A stretch of 64,000 nucleotides of DNA, taken from Octopus vulgaris. Lineage: Eukaryota. The stretch lies in assembly GCA_951406725.2 (NCBI GenBank), contig OX597818.1, forward strand, positions 22,196,001 through 22,260,000. Reading direction: 5' to 3'. Within the stretch, counting starts at the first letter, position 1. Each line of letters opens with the position of its first letter. Below are positions 42,169 through 56,076 of this stretch, in pieces. The notes beneath the pieces were generated by a model. That model saw only the letters and a list, made by a program, of their open reading frames with translations, searched no databases and had not been told where the DNA came from. The position numbers and the translations under genes are program-made.

Positions 42169-42445
42169 ACACATATCTCCTTCTCTTACACTCTCCTGTC
42201 TTATAAAGAATTTTTCTTCCCCCATTACCTTCTAGTCATTTCAAAATGTAACCGTGTGTGTATCATTGGCGATTTTCTTCCTCCGTCTTCCCTTCCTTTG
42301 GACTTTCCTCTATTTCTGAAGTAGAGCTTTGCTCGAAACGTTAAATCCTCTTTCCATCCTTTCCTGAGCATCTTCTAATACAGTACTTGTACCACGTCCT
42401 CACGTTATTGTTTTTTCTTGTTTGTTCTTTGTTCGGATTTACTAT
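40832..42445 (+). mobile_element. 5'-truncated, decayed Penelope-like (Neptune-like) element: GIY-YIG remnant, CA-rich 3' region, hammerhead, (TA)n
   Basis: 40832-41135 reads CTSSTLIYCIRCIL*GKLYVGQTGRWLADWFTEHLRD.../HFRLANHSFSNMSVFGL...LEQCYIFNLQTTVPFRLN. Minimal HHR at 42312-42346. Confidence 0.8.
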
Positions 42446-42989
42446 ACATATATATATATATATATATATTATAGCAGGGAATTCAGAATTGTCATCATAA
42501 AAAAGAAAAAAAATGCTTTGCCTCTACATCTTTGCTGCAGTGCTGCAAATATATTCAAAATCATGTAATAGGGACATATTGTAGGTCTTGCACCTAATTT
42601 TAATAGCAGCTCCCTAAAATTTTATAAGACCTTTTTTTTTTTTTGTGGGTAAGTGGGATTAAACAGTGTGTTCAATATCATAAAATTACCCCTCTTCCCA
42701 CAAAATCAAAGATTGACAAATATACTGACCAGCCTTTGATTATATATATATATATATATTGTGTGTATGCACATGTGTGTGTGTGAATGAATGAATGAAT
42801 GAATGAATACAAATGAGTTAAGGTTCACTACATCTGTTTCAGATAAATTTTTTATTGATGAATTAACTGATCACATCATGAGGAAAAAAAATATTTTCTT
42901 CAGGTGAATTAAAAATCAAAAATTTAAAATATAGAATTTGGTTTGGAAACAATACCAAGATGTGGAATGTGTATATATGTTAGTGTGTG

Positions 42990-43052
<63 letters not shown>

Positions 43053-43104
43053 GTGTGTATATACACATGTATATATGTATATATATGTGTGTGTGTGTGT
43101 ATTT

Positions 43105-44817
43105 ATATTAGAAGGTTTGGAGGTGATGTACAGATATTATATATTAGAAAAATTAAGGTATTCAGAGATCTGGATGGTTCATATACCAATATTTATTAAC
43201 ATGTCACATGTTTTTACAAATCACATATAAGCACTTTCATCTGCTCTATATTAGAGATTCTTTAGATTTAAATTTTGTGAAGAGGTTTCTCTCTTTTTAT
43301 AGTATTAGTGAATGGGTTGGGGTGGAGAGAAAGAGAGAGAGAGGGGAAAAGAGTAATGTGGAATGTATAGGGTAGGAAAGAGGGAGAGGAATGGGGAGAA
43401 AGTGAGAGAGAGTGTGTGTGTATATCTGAAAGGAAGCGTTTTGAATAAGAGACTAAGAGAAAAGGAAAAGAATATATATTTTTAAGTAGGTGGCTAGAAC
43501 AGATGCTTGCTTTGGTTCAGCCAGCTTACCAGGGGGTCTGAAAGAAAAATGTTTCCAAAGTGAAAAAATGTGTTTTTTCTTAATGTCAATGGAAAAGAGA
43601 AGGAAAGAAAGAAAAAGAAGAAAAAAATGTGTTTGTATGTATACAGTTGATCAGTTCTTTCAATAGAAGATGACAACTTGATTCTTGGTCTGTAAAAATG
43701 GCAAGACCAGATGGTTACTCTAAGGAGGGGGAGTCTGTTTTGATTAGGAATAATGAAGAAACAATGATAGAAATCTTTGGAAATTACTCCAATTAAAGGA
43801 TGAACTCACATTCATCCATTAAAAGATATATATATATATTTAAAAGTATGTATAATATATAAAGTTATATATATATATGTATATGTGTGTATGTATATGC
43901 ATATATATATATGTGTGTGTGTATATATGGATATATATATGTATGATATATATATATATTAGAAAAAATGCTCATAGATCTGGATGGTTGTACATTTACA
44001 GACTTTTATTAATATGTCATGTTTTTATAAATCATATATTAGCACTTGCTTCTACTCTAGTAGATTCTTCAGATTTGAATTTTTGAGGAGATTCATCTCT
44101 TTTTATAGTATATAGGATAGTAAAAGAGGGTGAGGAATGGGGAGAAAGTGAGAGAGAGTGTGTGTGTGCCTGTGTATCTGAAAGGAGTGTCAATGGAAAA
44201 GAGAAGGAAAGAAAGAAGGAAGAGAGAAAGAAGAAAAAATGTGTTTACATCTATACATCTGGTCACTTCTTTCAATAGAATGTGATGAGTTGATTCTTGG
44301 CTTTTAAAAATGGCAAAACTCTAAGTGGGGGTCTTGTTTTGATAAAAGTTATTTTTCAAACAATTGTCTGAATTTATTTTCATCATCATCAATGTCCATT
44401 GAAAGAGAGTGTGTGTATGTGTGCATATGTGTCTGTGTGTGTGCGTGTGGTGTGTGCCTGTGTATCTGAAAGAAGTGTCAAGGGAAAAGAGAAGGAAAGA
44501 ATGGAGGAAGAAAGGAAGAAGAAAAGATTGTGTTTACATCTATACAGCTGTTCAGTTCTTTCAATAGAAGATGACAAGTTGGTTAATAAAAGTTATTTGT
44601 CAAAAAAATTGGCTGGATTTATTATTATTGTCATCATCCTTGTCCAATGTTTGATTCCTGTGCTGGTATGGGTTGCAAGTGCATCTACTCTAGTAGATTT
44701 ATAAAAAACATGTGACATATTAATAAAAATCTGTAAATGTACAACCATCCACATCTCTGAGTACCTTATTTATTCCTAATATATAATACCTGTACATCAC
44801 CGCCAAACCTTCTAATA
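43105..44817. repeat. Cluster of tandem and inverted decayed copies of a microsatellite-flanked element end (probable PLE pseudo-LTRs)
   Basis: tattagaaggtttgg..gatgtacag (43106) recurs inverted at 44700-44815 and partially at 43958. The motif ttctttcaatagaagatgac recurs near 43655, 44265 and 44555. Confidence 0.6.
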
Positions 44818-44853
44818 CATATATATATATATATGTATGTATGTATGTATGTA

Positions 44854-44918
<65 letters not shown>

Positions 44919-45025
44919 ATATATATGTATGTATGTATGTATATATATGTATGTATGTATATATGTATGTATGTATGTATATATATATGTATGTATGTAT
45001 ATATATATGTATGTATGTATGTATG

Positions 45026-45059
<34 letters not shown>

Positions 45060-45145
45060 TGTATATATATATGTATGTATGTATGTATGTATATATATAT
45101 GTATGTATATATATATGTATGTATGTATATATATATGTATGTATG

Positions 45146-45190
<45 letters not shown>
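44816..45190. repeat. Compound (TATG)n/(TA)n microsatellite
   Basis: Directly visible; source of spurious YI/MYVC ORFs. Confidence 0.95.
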
Positions 45191-45194
<4 letters not shown>

Positions 45195-45385
45195 CAACAT
45201 TGAGGAACGGCCTCAATAGGCCATTCGACCCACTAGAAAGAGCAGCCATGACTCAAACCGCTAAGTAGTAGTAATTCAGAAATTAAAGGAAAATTAAAAA
45301 ACATTTACCCTATTCATCTTTAGACAATGCATTGTTTCGCTGGTGGCGAAAAAATCTCATTGAATTTTTTGCAACCCTATATTGA

Positions 45386-45437
<52 letters not shown>

Positions 45438-45439
45438 CA

Positions 45440-45645
45440 CATTCAAAATGTGACCGCGTGTGTACTGTTGGCGATTTTTTTCCCTCTGTCTTCCCTTCTC
45501 TGGATCTTTCCTTCTCCTATGTTTCTAACGAAGAGCTCTGCTCGAAACGTTAAACTCTCCTTCTTTCCTGAGCATCCAATAATACTATATTTGTTCCACA
45601 TCCTCGCGTTGTGTTTTTTTGTGCTTTCTTGTTTGGATTAACTAT
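45440..45645 (+). mobile_element. Short 3'-end copy of the same PLE family with a minimal hammerhead remnant (45521-45555)
   Basis: Aligns with 42240-42445; bounded by TA repeats; GUUU-CUaACGA-A-GAGC-ucu-GCUC-GAAACGUU-AAAC. Confidence 0.75.
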
Positions 45646-45950
45646 ATAGGTATGTATGTATGCATATGTGTGTGTGTGTATAAATTTTTCATTTTGTTAA
45701 AAATCCTACAATACCTAGCTACTGATTACCATTTCCATTAGCTTGTAGTTGTCTCTACTGTAAGCAGCTTGCATTAAGAACTGAGTACCCATGTGACATC
45801 TTAGCTTCCTTGGAGATATTTATATGAAGTGTATGTTTATTGTAGAAAATATTTAAATACATAATGTTGGTTACCTATAGAACCAAACATATAATACACT
45901 TTGGTGGATTTAAGGGTGAAAAATCCTACCCAGAGTCTAATTTGTGTGTG

Positions 45951-46018
<68 letters not shown>

Positions 46019-49000
46019 TAGATAAACTTAGATATATTTCGACCAAAGATTGGTCCATGTCATGTCTAACTTAATAGCATATATATACATATATGTGTGT
46101 GTGTATGTATATTACGTAGCTTCTTCAAACTTGTCACCCTCTGGAATAATATATATATATATATATATTTATATACATGCTTGCATGTATGAATATGTAT
46201 GTGTGTATGTATGCATGAATATAAATCCTTTTTTGTTAAAACGAAAATCTACAGTTCTGGTTATAAATATAATAAAACAAATTGAAAATAAAAAGAATAT
46301 ATAATTTTTTTTTTTTTGTGTTAAAACAAAAATCTAACACAAACCGAGTTGTTGGTATATAAATACAATTATATAAATTGAAAATAAAATATTAAAATGC
46401 TATAAACAAAAAGTGAAGGGCATATTGTTTTGTTGTTATTTTTATTGTATCCTTTGGCAAAGACACAGAAGGTGGTGTCATTGAACATTGGACATTATTG
46501 TTTCTTTTTCTTTCTGTTTATTTTTGAAGACTTATATATTTGTCCATGTTTATATATTTGTCCATCAGTTGAAATGCTTGACACTTCTATATTTGCAATG
46601 TTTTCTGTATATTCCTGACATTAAGAAGTGAACATACAAACTGTTTTTGCTTTTTTTCTTTACTCTTCATTCTTTATTGTGAGAAACCTAAAGACTATTA
46701 GAGGAGGCCTGCAGGACAAATTTACATCTTTTATTTTGCCACAACCCAATTTAATGTCTCAACCTTCAGAGGTAATAGATTTATTTTTTTATATATTATT
46801 ATAAAATAGAATATATAAATATAGTTATATTAAATGTTATTGACCATATATTTTGTTATTGTTTGCTTCAGGTATATAAAGTTATGTAAATCTATGTTAT
46901 TTAATACATCCTGTCCTGTCTTTATATAAGATGGTTGGGTTTGATTTGAAGGAGATTTGGCTGTGACTTTTCGCTGGTTGAGCAATGACATTGAGAGGTA
47001 ACAGACATTGTTTGGTGCCAGAATAGATGTTTTACAATGTTTAACTGTCAATAATTATAATACATTACAGTAACCAAAGGATCTCAAATTTATAGACAAT
47101 AGCATTATCTCCTCTCTTTCTCTCATTGTCTCTCCTTTTCCAACAGGGGAAGCAGCCATATATACTTCTTCTACTGCAAGATACCTGATTCTGTCCCCTC
47201 TGTTATACTCTATCTTCTCATCACCTGATACAAAACCACCCTGCTCAGTATTAGTCTACCTTCCCAACTTCCACTGAGGTGGGGCTCTTGCAAGTTACTT
47301 GGTGGTCTTGCTGGTGCTAGTGTTATATAAAAGCACCTAGTACACTCCAAAAATTGGTTGGCATTAGGAAGGGCATCCAGTCACAGAAACCATGCCAAAA
47401 CAGACTGTAGTACTTGGTGCAGTCTTTTAGTTTACAAGCTCCTGCCAAACCATCCAACTTATGCTTGCATGGAAAGCAGACATTACATGATGATGATGAA
47501 TTGACTCTAGAGAAATATAAAGTAAAAGTCAACCCCAATAGAATTTGAACTTGGAAAGTAGAGAAGTTGAAAGTAAATATGTCAAGACAATGCTTAGTCA
47601 GTTGCTCTACCATTACTAACTCTCCACCACATTTTGTTTTCCTCACATTGACTATAAATTTTGGAACCAGAACAAGATTTGTAGGGAAGTGGGTCTAAGC
47701 AATTTAACTTCCTTTTGTACCCATGAGGTACAAAATGTGTTGTTAACTTGGTAGGTTTAGAAATCAGAGCATACAAGGACAAAATACAGTAAGTTATAAA
47801 TTTGGTCTGGTGGCCTGCTGTTTTAGACTCTTTGCTACTTGTATGTATGTATGCATGCATTTGTGTGTGTGTGTGTATTTGTATAACTGTATGTAAGTAT
47901 GTATATATATGTATGCATGCTTGTAAGCAAGCAAGCAAACATACCAGCAAGAAAATTGTAGATAAACCAATGTCAAACAAAATATCTAATATTTATTCTA
48001 CCCTAGTTGCAGAGCCGCCTCCTTGTCACTTGCAACCTATAAACAAAATATATACAATAAAATAGAAAAATAACCTTAATTTAATCAAGTAACATATGTG
48101 CCTACAAAAATACCATATACAGTTCCACAGTGGAAGTAGTTAAGAAATATGTTAATTCTGTACAAGAATTGCTAATGTACACAATTCCATCTGAAATTAC
48201 AGGCTTTTAGTTGCACAATGTATTCATTCTTTTGCAACAAGAGAACACCTACACAGTTGCTTATTCTGCCAGAAATAGCAGTCAAATCTCTAATATATTA
48301 ATAACACATATTAATAGCCTGTTAGTTTTGTCACAATAAATAAATAAATAAAAAGGCCAAGCAATAAAAAAGGTATACAAACTTCCATTTAGTTATCTAG
48401 AGATAGCAACTTCTCTCTCTCTCTCTTTCTCTCTCACTGTCTCCCTCTCTTTCAAAACACTCTGTGCTGCCATTTAAAGGTTCACATTAGATAATGTAGT
48501 CCTAGATACACTATGCATGAAAAAAGACAGGATTGTCATGGATGGAATGATTTTGATCATAGGTCTGCTTCATCAGAGCTGGCCTGGAACTAAACAACTT
48601 TCAATAATCAGATAAAAAAATTCATTTAGATCAAAACTTTTCAAATATTTGCTCACTTTCAGCAGTCTGTCTCTCTTTCTCTCCCCCCCTCTCTCTCTCT
48701 CTCTCTGTCTTGCTCTGTCTGTCTCTCTTTCTCTCTCCTGCAATCAAAATCTATAGCCTAGAGAGGAAGCATGTACACATCAAGGGACACAACCTCTTCC
48801 CTTTATCCATTTCTTGATGTTACTCAACTACATCATTCATAGTCTTCTCTTTAAATGGTGAGTTAAAAGTAGGATATCATGACTCCTTAAAAGTTTATGG
48901 CACTTCCTCTCTTCCCATCAATCTTAGGGGAGCTGAAAAATGCTCAGGGCCACAATGCTCATCCTCCTCTAGAAGGTATACTCATTAATTACTGGGCTGA

Positions 49001-49337
49001 AATTCCATTTTGTATGAATGCACATAGGCAAAACTGCTGTTGATGTGATTTTTGACAAAATTATGTTACATTTGTCCATAGTTAAAAAAAAAAAATCAGG
49101 ACCCATAGTAGAAATGCTTTCAAACTTATTACAGGCATATCTGCAATAACAAAGTGATTTTGCTCGAGGTCAAATCAATGACCCGTATGTATGTAAGGGT
49201 AGATGCATGCATGTGTATGCATTGAAGAAGGCAAGCCACAGGAGTTGATTACAAAACGACTATGATCAATGTCAAGAAGAATATTGAGTGACGCCTAGTA
49301 AATAGTTGGTCTAGCAAGTAGCACCTCATCTCAGTGA

Positions 49338-49570
49338 GGTGGGGCTGGTGGCAGAATCGTTAGCATGTCGGGCAAAATGCTTAGCGGTATTTCAGCTGCT
49401 GTTACGTTGTGAGTTCAAATTCCGCCGAGGTCGACTTTGCCTTTCATCCTTTCGGGGTCGATAAATTAAGTACCAGTTACGCACTGGGGTCGATGTAATC
49501 GACTTAATCCGTTTGTCTGTCTTAGCTTGTCCCCTCTGTGTTTAGCCCCTTGTGGGTAGTAAAGAAATAG
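49338..49570 (+). mobile_element. Meta-like SINE (young, CpG-rich)
   Basis: Highly similar to 28318-28549. Confidence 0.88.
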
Positions 49571-52500
49571 GTAGTAATAATGCTGGTGAGGAACAACCCA
49601 AAACAGCTCAAAGAATCTCCTGATGATCCCACAATCCTGCTAGTGTCCAATATGCAGAGCTTTCAACTTGTAGCGCTTGTATCCTCGATTTACTTGCTGA
49701 AAGAAGCCTGTGTTATGCGTGTGTATGGTTTTTTCTTCACCATTGCTTGACAAACGGTGCTGGTTTGTTTTCATCCCTGTAACTTATCAGTTTGGCAAAA
49801 GAGACCAAGAGAATAAGTACTGGGGTTGATTTGTTCGATTAAACCCTTCAAGGTGATGCCCTAAAGTGGCCAAGGACTAAAACAAAAAGAAGATAAAAGA
49901 TACGGATTTACTAGCAAAATTTTCATGTTGGATTACTAACACAATTCTCTACGTTTTGAAAATTTTGTGCTTCTTTTTATGAAATTGATCTGGTAAACCT
50001 GATTACAAAGACAAGTACACACACACACATGTAGTTTCTCTAACATAGAAAACAATTTATTATACACATTCATACATATGTGTTTCTCTCATGAACACAC
50101 ATTCAAATACTCATATATATATGTATGTATACGAAGGCACTGTTATCCTTATAAAGCACTCACACATGTACGCGAGGGCTTTTCTAATAAACGCATATGC
50201 ACATATGTACAACCGTATTTATTATTTTTATATATGTGCAAACATGCACACTCACGTGTGTCTTCTGACATACATACACTCTCATATATACACATTCTGA
50301 CACCTTAACTCTGATATCTCTGTGCACAGGCATACATAAAATGGATATTTTTTTATCACGTACGCGCATACACTTACATGCATATACTGATGTGTGTGTG
50401 TGTGTGCGCGCAAGGGTGGATTTCAGTTACACGTACACACAAGCAGAAGACAGGAGTGTAATGATAGCAGTTGTGGTGGTGGATTATTGTCAGAATACTG
50501 TGTGTGTAGTTCTGGGAAAGGAAAGAAGAGAAAAAGAAGTAAAAACCCTCTCCAAAAAAAACTTCAATTCGGCTTCTGTTATAAGAATGAGACGGAAACT
50601 TAAGCTCCACTCCCTTTCTCTGCCTGCCAACTTCCTTCCTCTGCCCTACATTCTACACAGAAAAAGGAACAGAGACATTAGGGCGAGTTTCCTGTTCGTG
50701 TTTGAGTTAATCCATACACATACAGAGGCATATCTGAACATATATAAGCATATATCACGCACACATAGCCATGTGAAAATGACAGTGCGACAAAACTCGC
50801 ATACACACATAAGCTACATATATACACAAGCGCAACAGAGTACACATGCATACACACAAGTCACCCAACACTCTTTCATCTCTCTTTCCCCTTTTATTCT
50901 GCTTTTTACTTCCCTCTCTCTTTTCCATATATTAATTTTTTTTCTCCTTCTCTCTCTCTCCCATGTTCTATCTCTATTTCGACCCGTCAGTCTTTGATTT
51001 TGTTTCTCTTTCTTATTGTCTTTTCTTTTTGTTCACCCCAACCCCGTTTTAACTCCTTGTCACTCATCATCGTGCCTACTTTATTTATCCGTGTGGCTTT
51101 TCCTTTTTCACAATCTATTTCTCCTCCAATATATCTCTATCTATCCCTCTTTCTCTTCCTTATATTAATATCTATCTCCCTTTCACCTTTCTCTTTATCG
51201 CTGTTTCTGAAAGAGAATTAAATTCCTCCTCTTTCTCTATTTTTCGCTTCCTGTCTTTGTTTTCTTATCACTCTATTTCATATTTCTCTCTTATTCTATT
51301 TCTTTCTCTTTTTAAAAAAATAATGTTTTTCTCTCTTTTCCCTTCTCTGTTCATCTCTGTCTCAAGCGATCTTGGTTTTATTTCTTCTTTCTCTCCTATT
51401 TTATGTACCTTCATATTTTGATTTGTCTTTATTTCTCATTTTCCATTTTCTCTCTCTTCCCCTTTTAAGAGTTTTTGATTTTTTTTCTCCTTTTCTCCTA
51501 TGTAATCTCTGTTAATTATCTAGGTTTACTTTCTGTGGTAGTCCACCGTCTTTTTATGTTGCTTAACCTCAGGTCCATCTGATCGATCTGACCTATGATC
51601 AAAGGCATTCCTGCCTTGATCACTTCATTTTTGTATACTTTGATCTACATTGTTTAAAATGTATCTCCTTATTAAAGACGAGAGATTTGAAGGAGACTTA
51701 GCTGCCATTCTAAGCAGGTCGAGCGAGCGCACACAGGACTCGTTGGCTCACGTCTTTGTATGTTTCTCTCTATCTTTCGTCCGCTAACAAATCGTATGGC
51801 AATGATGGACTTCGATCTCTTTAATGCTGCAGATTTAGGGGATCACCTGGAAATTGTACACTAATGAGGGAGCCTCTACGTGGTCGTCCGCCCTGCTTCA
51901 AATAACAGCCGGATCTTTCTCAGAACACAACTTACTGTTTTAAGAAAGACACAGAACCAGTGTAGCCTTGTATACAAAAAGACAGGATAGTAATGATTGG
52001 TATGCCTTCCGATCAAATACATACGTGCATACATACATATATACATACATAAATACATACATACATACATACATACATACATACATACATACATACATAC
52101 ATACATACATACATACGTATAGGTGCTTATTAATTAGAATTATGTAACTCTTAATAAAAGAAGGCAATTATTGAAATTGAGTATACGAGTATATATATAA
52201 CGGCGAAATAAAATCAAGAATATATCCTTTGTCTTTTGTATATATATATAGATATGTAGGACTCGTTCCCATGTCATTACTTCAAAACAAAGACCGGCAC
52301 AAGAAAAAATTCACGGACGGAAAGAGAGAAGAAAGAAAGAGGAAATGAGTGATTACAATTAATAAATAAATCAGAAAGGAAATGCTGAAGAATCCGCGAT
52401 AAAAAATAGTACTGTATCGAACCGAATACTAAGCGATGATATAATGAACGAAATGAATTAAATGTACTTTTAAGATTTAATTCATGATGAAAATTTTCCA

Positions 52501-52689
52501 TTTAAGAAAATATGAAAAATATAAAATAATTATAATAATGATAACAAATGAAGATCAAGGAAACACATTAAGGTAGTGGTAGTGGCGGCGACAGGTTCTC
52601 GTCTGCTCCTGCTTCTCTTACTAATACTCCTATACTAACTACTCCTTCCCCCCGACTTATTTTCCTTGAGATTCTGATTCATTTCCTTC

Positions 52690-52777
52690 CTGCCTTATGT
52701 GCGTATGACTACATCGATGTTGATAGTCAGAAAAGAGCGGAAGTTTTGGTTGTGATTCGGCAGGAACTCTGGTAAGT
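52690..52777 (+). promoter_or_regulatory. Candidate non-coding first exon / 5' splice site of a downstream gene in a CpG-retaining unique region
   Basis: Strong donor CTG|GTAAGT at 52771/52772, ETS-like GCGGAAGT at 52737 and local CpG retention. Confidence 0.35.
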
Positions 52778-53172
52778 AAGCATTTGCTTTCACTTTCTAG
52801 AAGTGCGCACTGTGTCCGGCTAAACTTTTTCTATATTTAACCGCAGCTTTCTTGACATATTTTCATCTCATATTTTTAATAATTTCTCTCATTAAAACCA
52901 AGCTTTCCCTTTAAAACCATCATGGCTACTATCAAACCATCTCATTCTTGGAAATTTTCATTGTTCTCGATCGAAATTGTCAAACGTCGACTATTTTTCA
53001 CAATACTTTCTCTCTATTTCCGTTTGGCCTCTCTGAATCTCCCCTCTCTGTTCAGATATCTTCCTCTCTCGCTCTCTTTCTCTCTGTTTATGTTTCCTGT
53101 TTATTTACATTTTAGCCATGTGAACATTTCATGGAATACATCGCCAATGGAACCAGTGTTCCATTTTTCACG

Positions 53173-53207
<35 letters not shown>

Positions 53208-53550
53208 GTTGCAGTTATTTGGTTTTTTATTTTATTTTCATTTCATTCTCACAGTTTTTCTCTTCATCAAGTCTAATACATGTAAAATACTTTTTTGCTT
53301 CTTGGAGTCTTGGAATCATTTTTTTTGGTTCCGTGTTTGCTTCTTCTTAAATTATGAATATTTAATAAAGGAAATCAAAAATTATAAAAATAGAAAAATA
53401 AAGCTGAAATTACATGTATGCATGTATGTATGTATACGCTGCATTTTTTTTTTGTGTGTGAAAGAGGATATTTTGAATTTTTTATATAGCAAAGAAAATT
53501 TTTTTAATAATTTCAACAACGTATATAATTCTGGTGGAGATGTATTTAAG

Positions 53551-53615
<65 letters not shown>

Positions 53616-54591
53616 TTCTCTCTCTCTCTCACTCTTCATCGGACTATTAATATTTCTAATATTTGATGAATGAAATGGAGGAAATTCCACTTGAATTTTC
53701 GGAAGGGTTCCGATAAAGATATTTTCTTTAGCCCCCGATAAAAGTTAGCTGAAAGTCACGAACACCGAATGACATGTTTTACATCTTGTTTCCTCTCTAC
53801 TGTGTCACCGCTTCGGTATTTCATATACCAGTAATGTACTGCTCATTAAATTTATTATACTTGATGATTTCACTATGAACAATTGGCCCTTTAAAAAGAA
53901 AAAAAAAAATGGAAGAAACAACTTTTCGTCAAGCCGAGGGATTCTTAGATAGTTGCTCAACATGCTTGAAACAGTAATCAAATCTGTTTTTAAAAATGTG
54001 GTGGACACATTCGCTGATGCAGACCAAGATACATACAGTAAGTGTAATCTTTGACCATAGGTGCGTTCGGTCAGGTCCGACAGTAGACTAAACAGCAGGC
54101 ATTTTTCTTTTGCTTCGCAAAAATATCATTTATGCACATACATACCCCCACAACCAGTCCTACCTCTCTCACCAGCGCGCACGCACGCACGCACACATAC
54201 ACACACACACACACACATACACACACACATACACACACACACAAGCCCGCCCACCTCTGCTCACTTGTTATGAAAGTCTTTACTACATGTCGACCACATC
54301 GAGCGAGAAAAGTGTAGTAAAAGTGCACACACACTCACACACACATACATACATACATACATACATAATACATATATCACACACACACACATACATACTC
54401 ACACACACACATACATACATACTCACACACACACATACATACATACATACATATATACATACATACATACAAACATACATACATACATACATACATACAA
54501 ACAAGCAAACATACAAACTATAGCAAACATTTTACATTGCAAGCTGAACATTTATCACTAATAATGAATTTACGAATTTTACTATGCACTA

Positions 54592-54623
<32 letters not shown>

Positions 54624-55059
54624 CTGTGAACATGTTATCTTACAAGCAGACTTTTGATATTAGCAATGAATTTTGTTCTATGTATTATTGTATAGATGCT
54701 GAGAGAGGTGTAAAGGAACAAACAACAGTAATAAACTAAGAATATTTCCTTCATTTCCTGTTCCTTTTATATTATTGAAGGTGGTAAGATATTTTCAAAA
54801 AATTGGTGATACATATGTATGGGTATTTATACATGTGTGTGTTGAAATCACGTGATGGTTGTAAACGAGCATCACTGTCATACCAGCGATGTTTATTTCC
54901 AGTCTACCATGGAAAGCATATCTGTCCATGGAATATATTACCTAACTTGGAAACAGGTGAGAGTTGGTAACAGAAATGGTATCCGGCCACTGAAAATCTA
55001 CCTCACTAAAGTGGATGTTAAGTAACGATGATGATGATGATGGTTACACACACACACAC

Positions 55060-55112
<53 letters not shown>

Positions 55113-55382
55113 GAGGCGGTGTGCTTGTGAAATCGTTAGCACGTGGGACAAGATGCTTAGCGATATTTCTTATGCTTCTATACTTTCTGACTTCAAATCC
55201 CGCCGAGGTCAGCTTTGTCTTTCATCTCTTGGAACCGATAACATAAAGTACCAGTCAAGTGCTAGGGTCGATTTAGTTGCCCTCCCCTCAAAATTGTTCA
55301 CTTTGAGCCCCGTTGAGGGGACATATGATCTCAGCCATTTATACACCATGGAAACCGAATAACCAGCCTTGTGATCCTAAGC

Positions 55383-55744
55383 TCAGGCGTGGCTGTGTAA
55401 TAAGAAGCTAGCTTCCTATTCACATGGTTCCGGGTTCAGTCCCACTGCGTGGTAACTTGGACAAGTGTCTTCTACTATAGTTTTGGGCCAACCAAAGTAT
55501 TATGAGTGGAAACTGAAAGAAACCTGTCGAATATATGTATATGTGTGTGTATCTTTGTGTTTGTCCACTACCGCTGAACAACCGGTGTTGGTATGTTTAC
55601 GTCCCCGTAACGTAGCAGTTCGGTAAAAGAACGATAGAATAAGTACCAGGCTTTAAAAAAATCCTGGGTTCAATTTGTTCAACTAAAACCCTCTAAGGTG
55701 GTGCCCCAACATGACCGCAGTCAAATGACTTAAGCAAGGAAAAG
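55383..55744 (+). mobile_element. CORE-like SINE
   Basis: gtggctgtgt..ggttcagtccc..ttggacaagtgtcttctactatag. Confidence 0.82.
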
Positions 55745-55777
55745 CTATATATAAACCCAGCGACGCCTGCTGGGTTT

Positions 55778-55831
55778 GGCAAACTCTGCAATGATAAAGG
55801 GCAAATACCCTGAAACATGTCTGCAGATGCC
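55778..55831 (+). ncRNA. Hammerhead-like fold with variant core AUGAUAA
   Basis: GGCA-aac-UCUGCA / UGCAGA-UGCC stem I; AGGG-caaaua-CCCU stem II; GAAA; ACAUGU palindrome; GUC site at 55819-55821. Confidence 0.75.
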
Positions 55832-56076
55832 TGACCAGCAAGGGGAAGCGGCTGACCTCCCTTGTTCGAAGATTGTAATGGACACAGATTCGTGTGTCAT
55901 ATAGCTAGCTAGAGGCGATGGCCTCTTGGAGCTAATCAACGGCAGCTTTAGTCTTATATTTATGGACTGCCATATTAGCAAGGCGATAACTGTTAATTTA
56001 TATATATATATATATATAAAATATTATTGGTGAATTGAAGAAATGGAGCTGAACGCAGATTGAACAGAAATCGTTT

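Noticed and set aside
41250-42225. Many HT/CV/YI-rich ORFs here and near 10.6-11.1, 15.2-15.7, 33.0-33.3, 44.8-45.2 and 54.1-54.5 kb
   Set aside because: Translations of microsatellites.
50341-50997. 218-aa + strand ORF
   Set aside because: Low-complexity composition, no recognisable domain or splice context.
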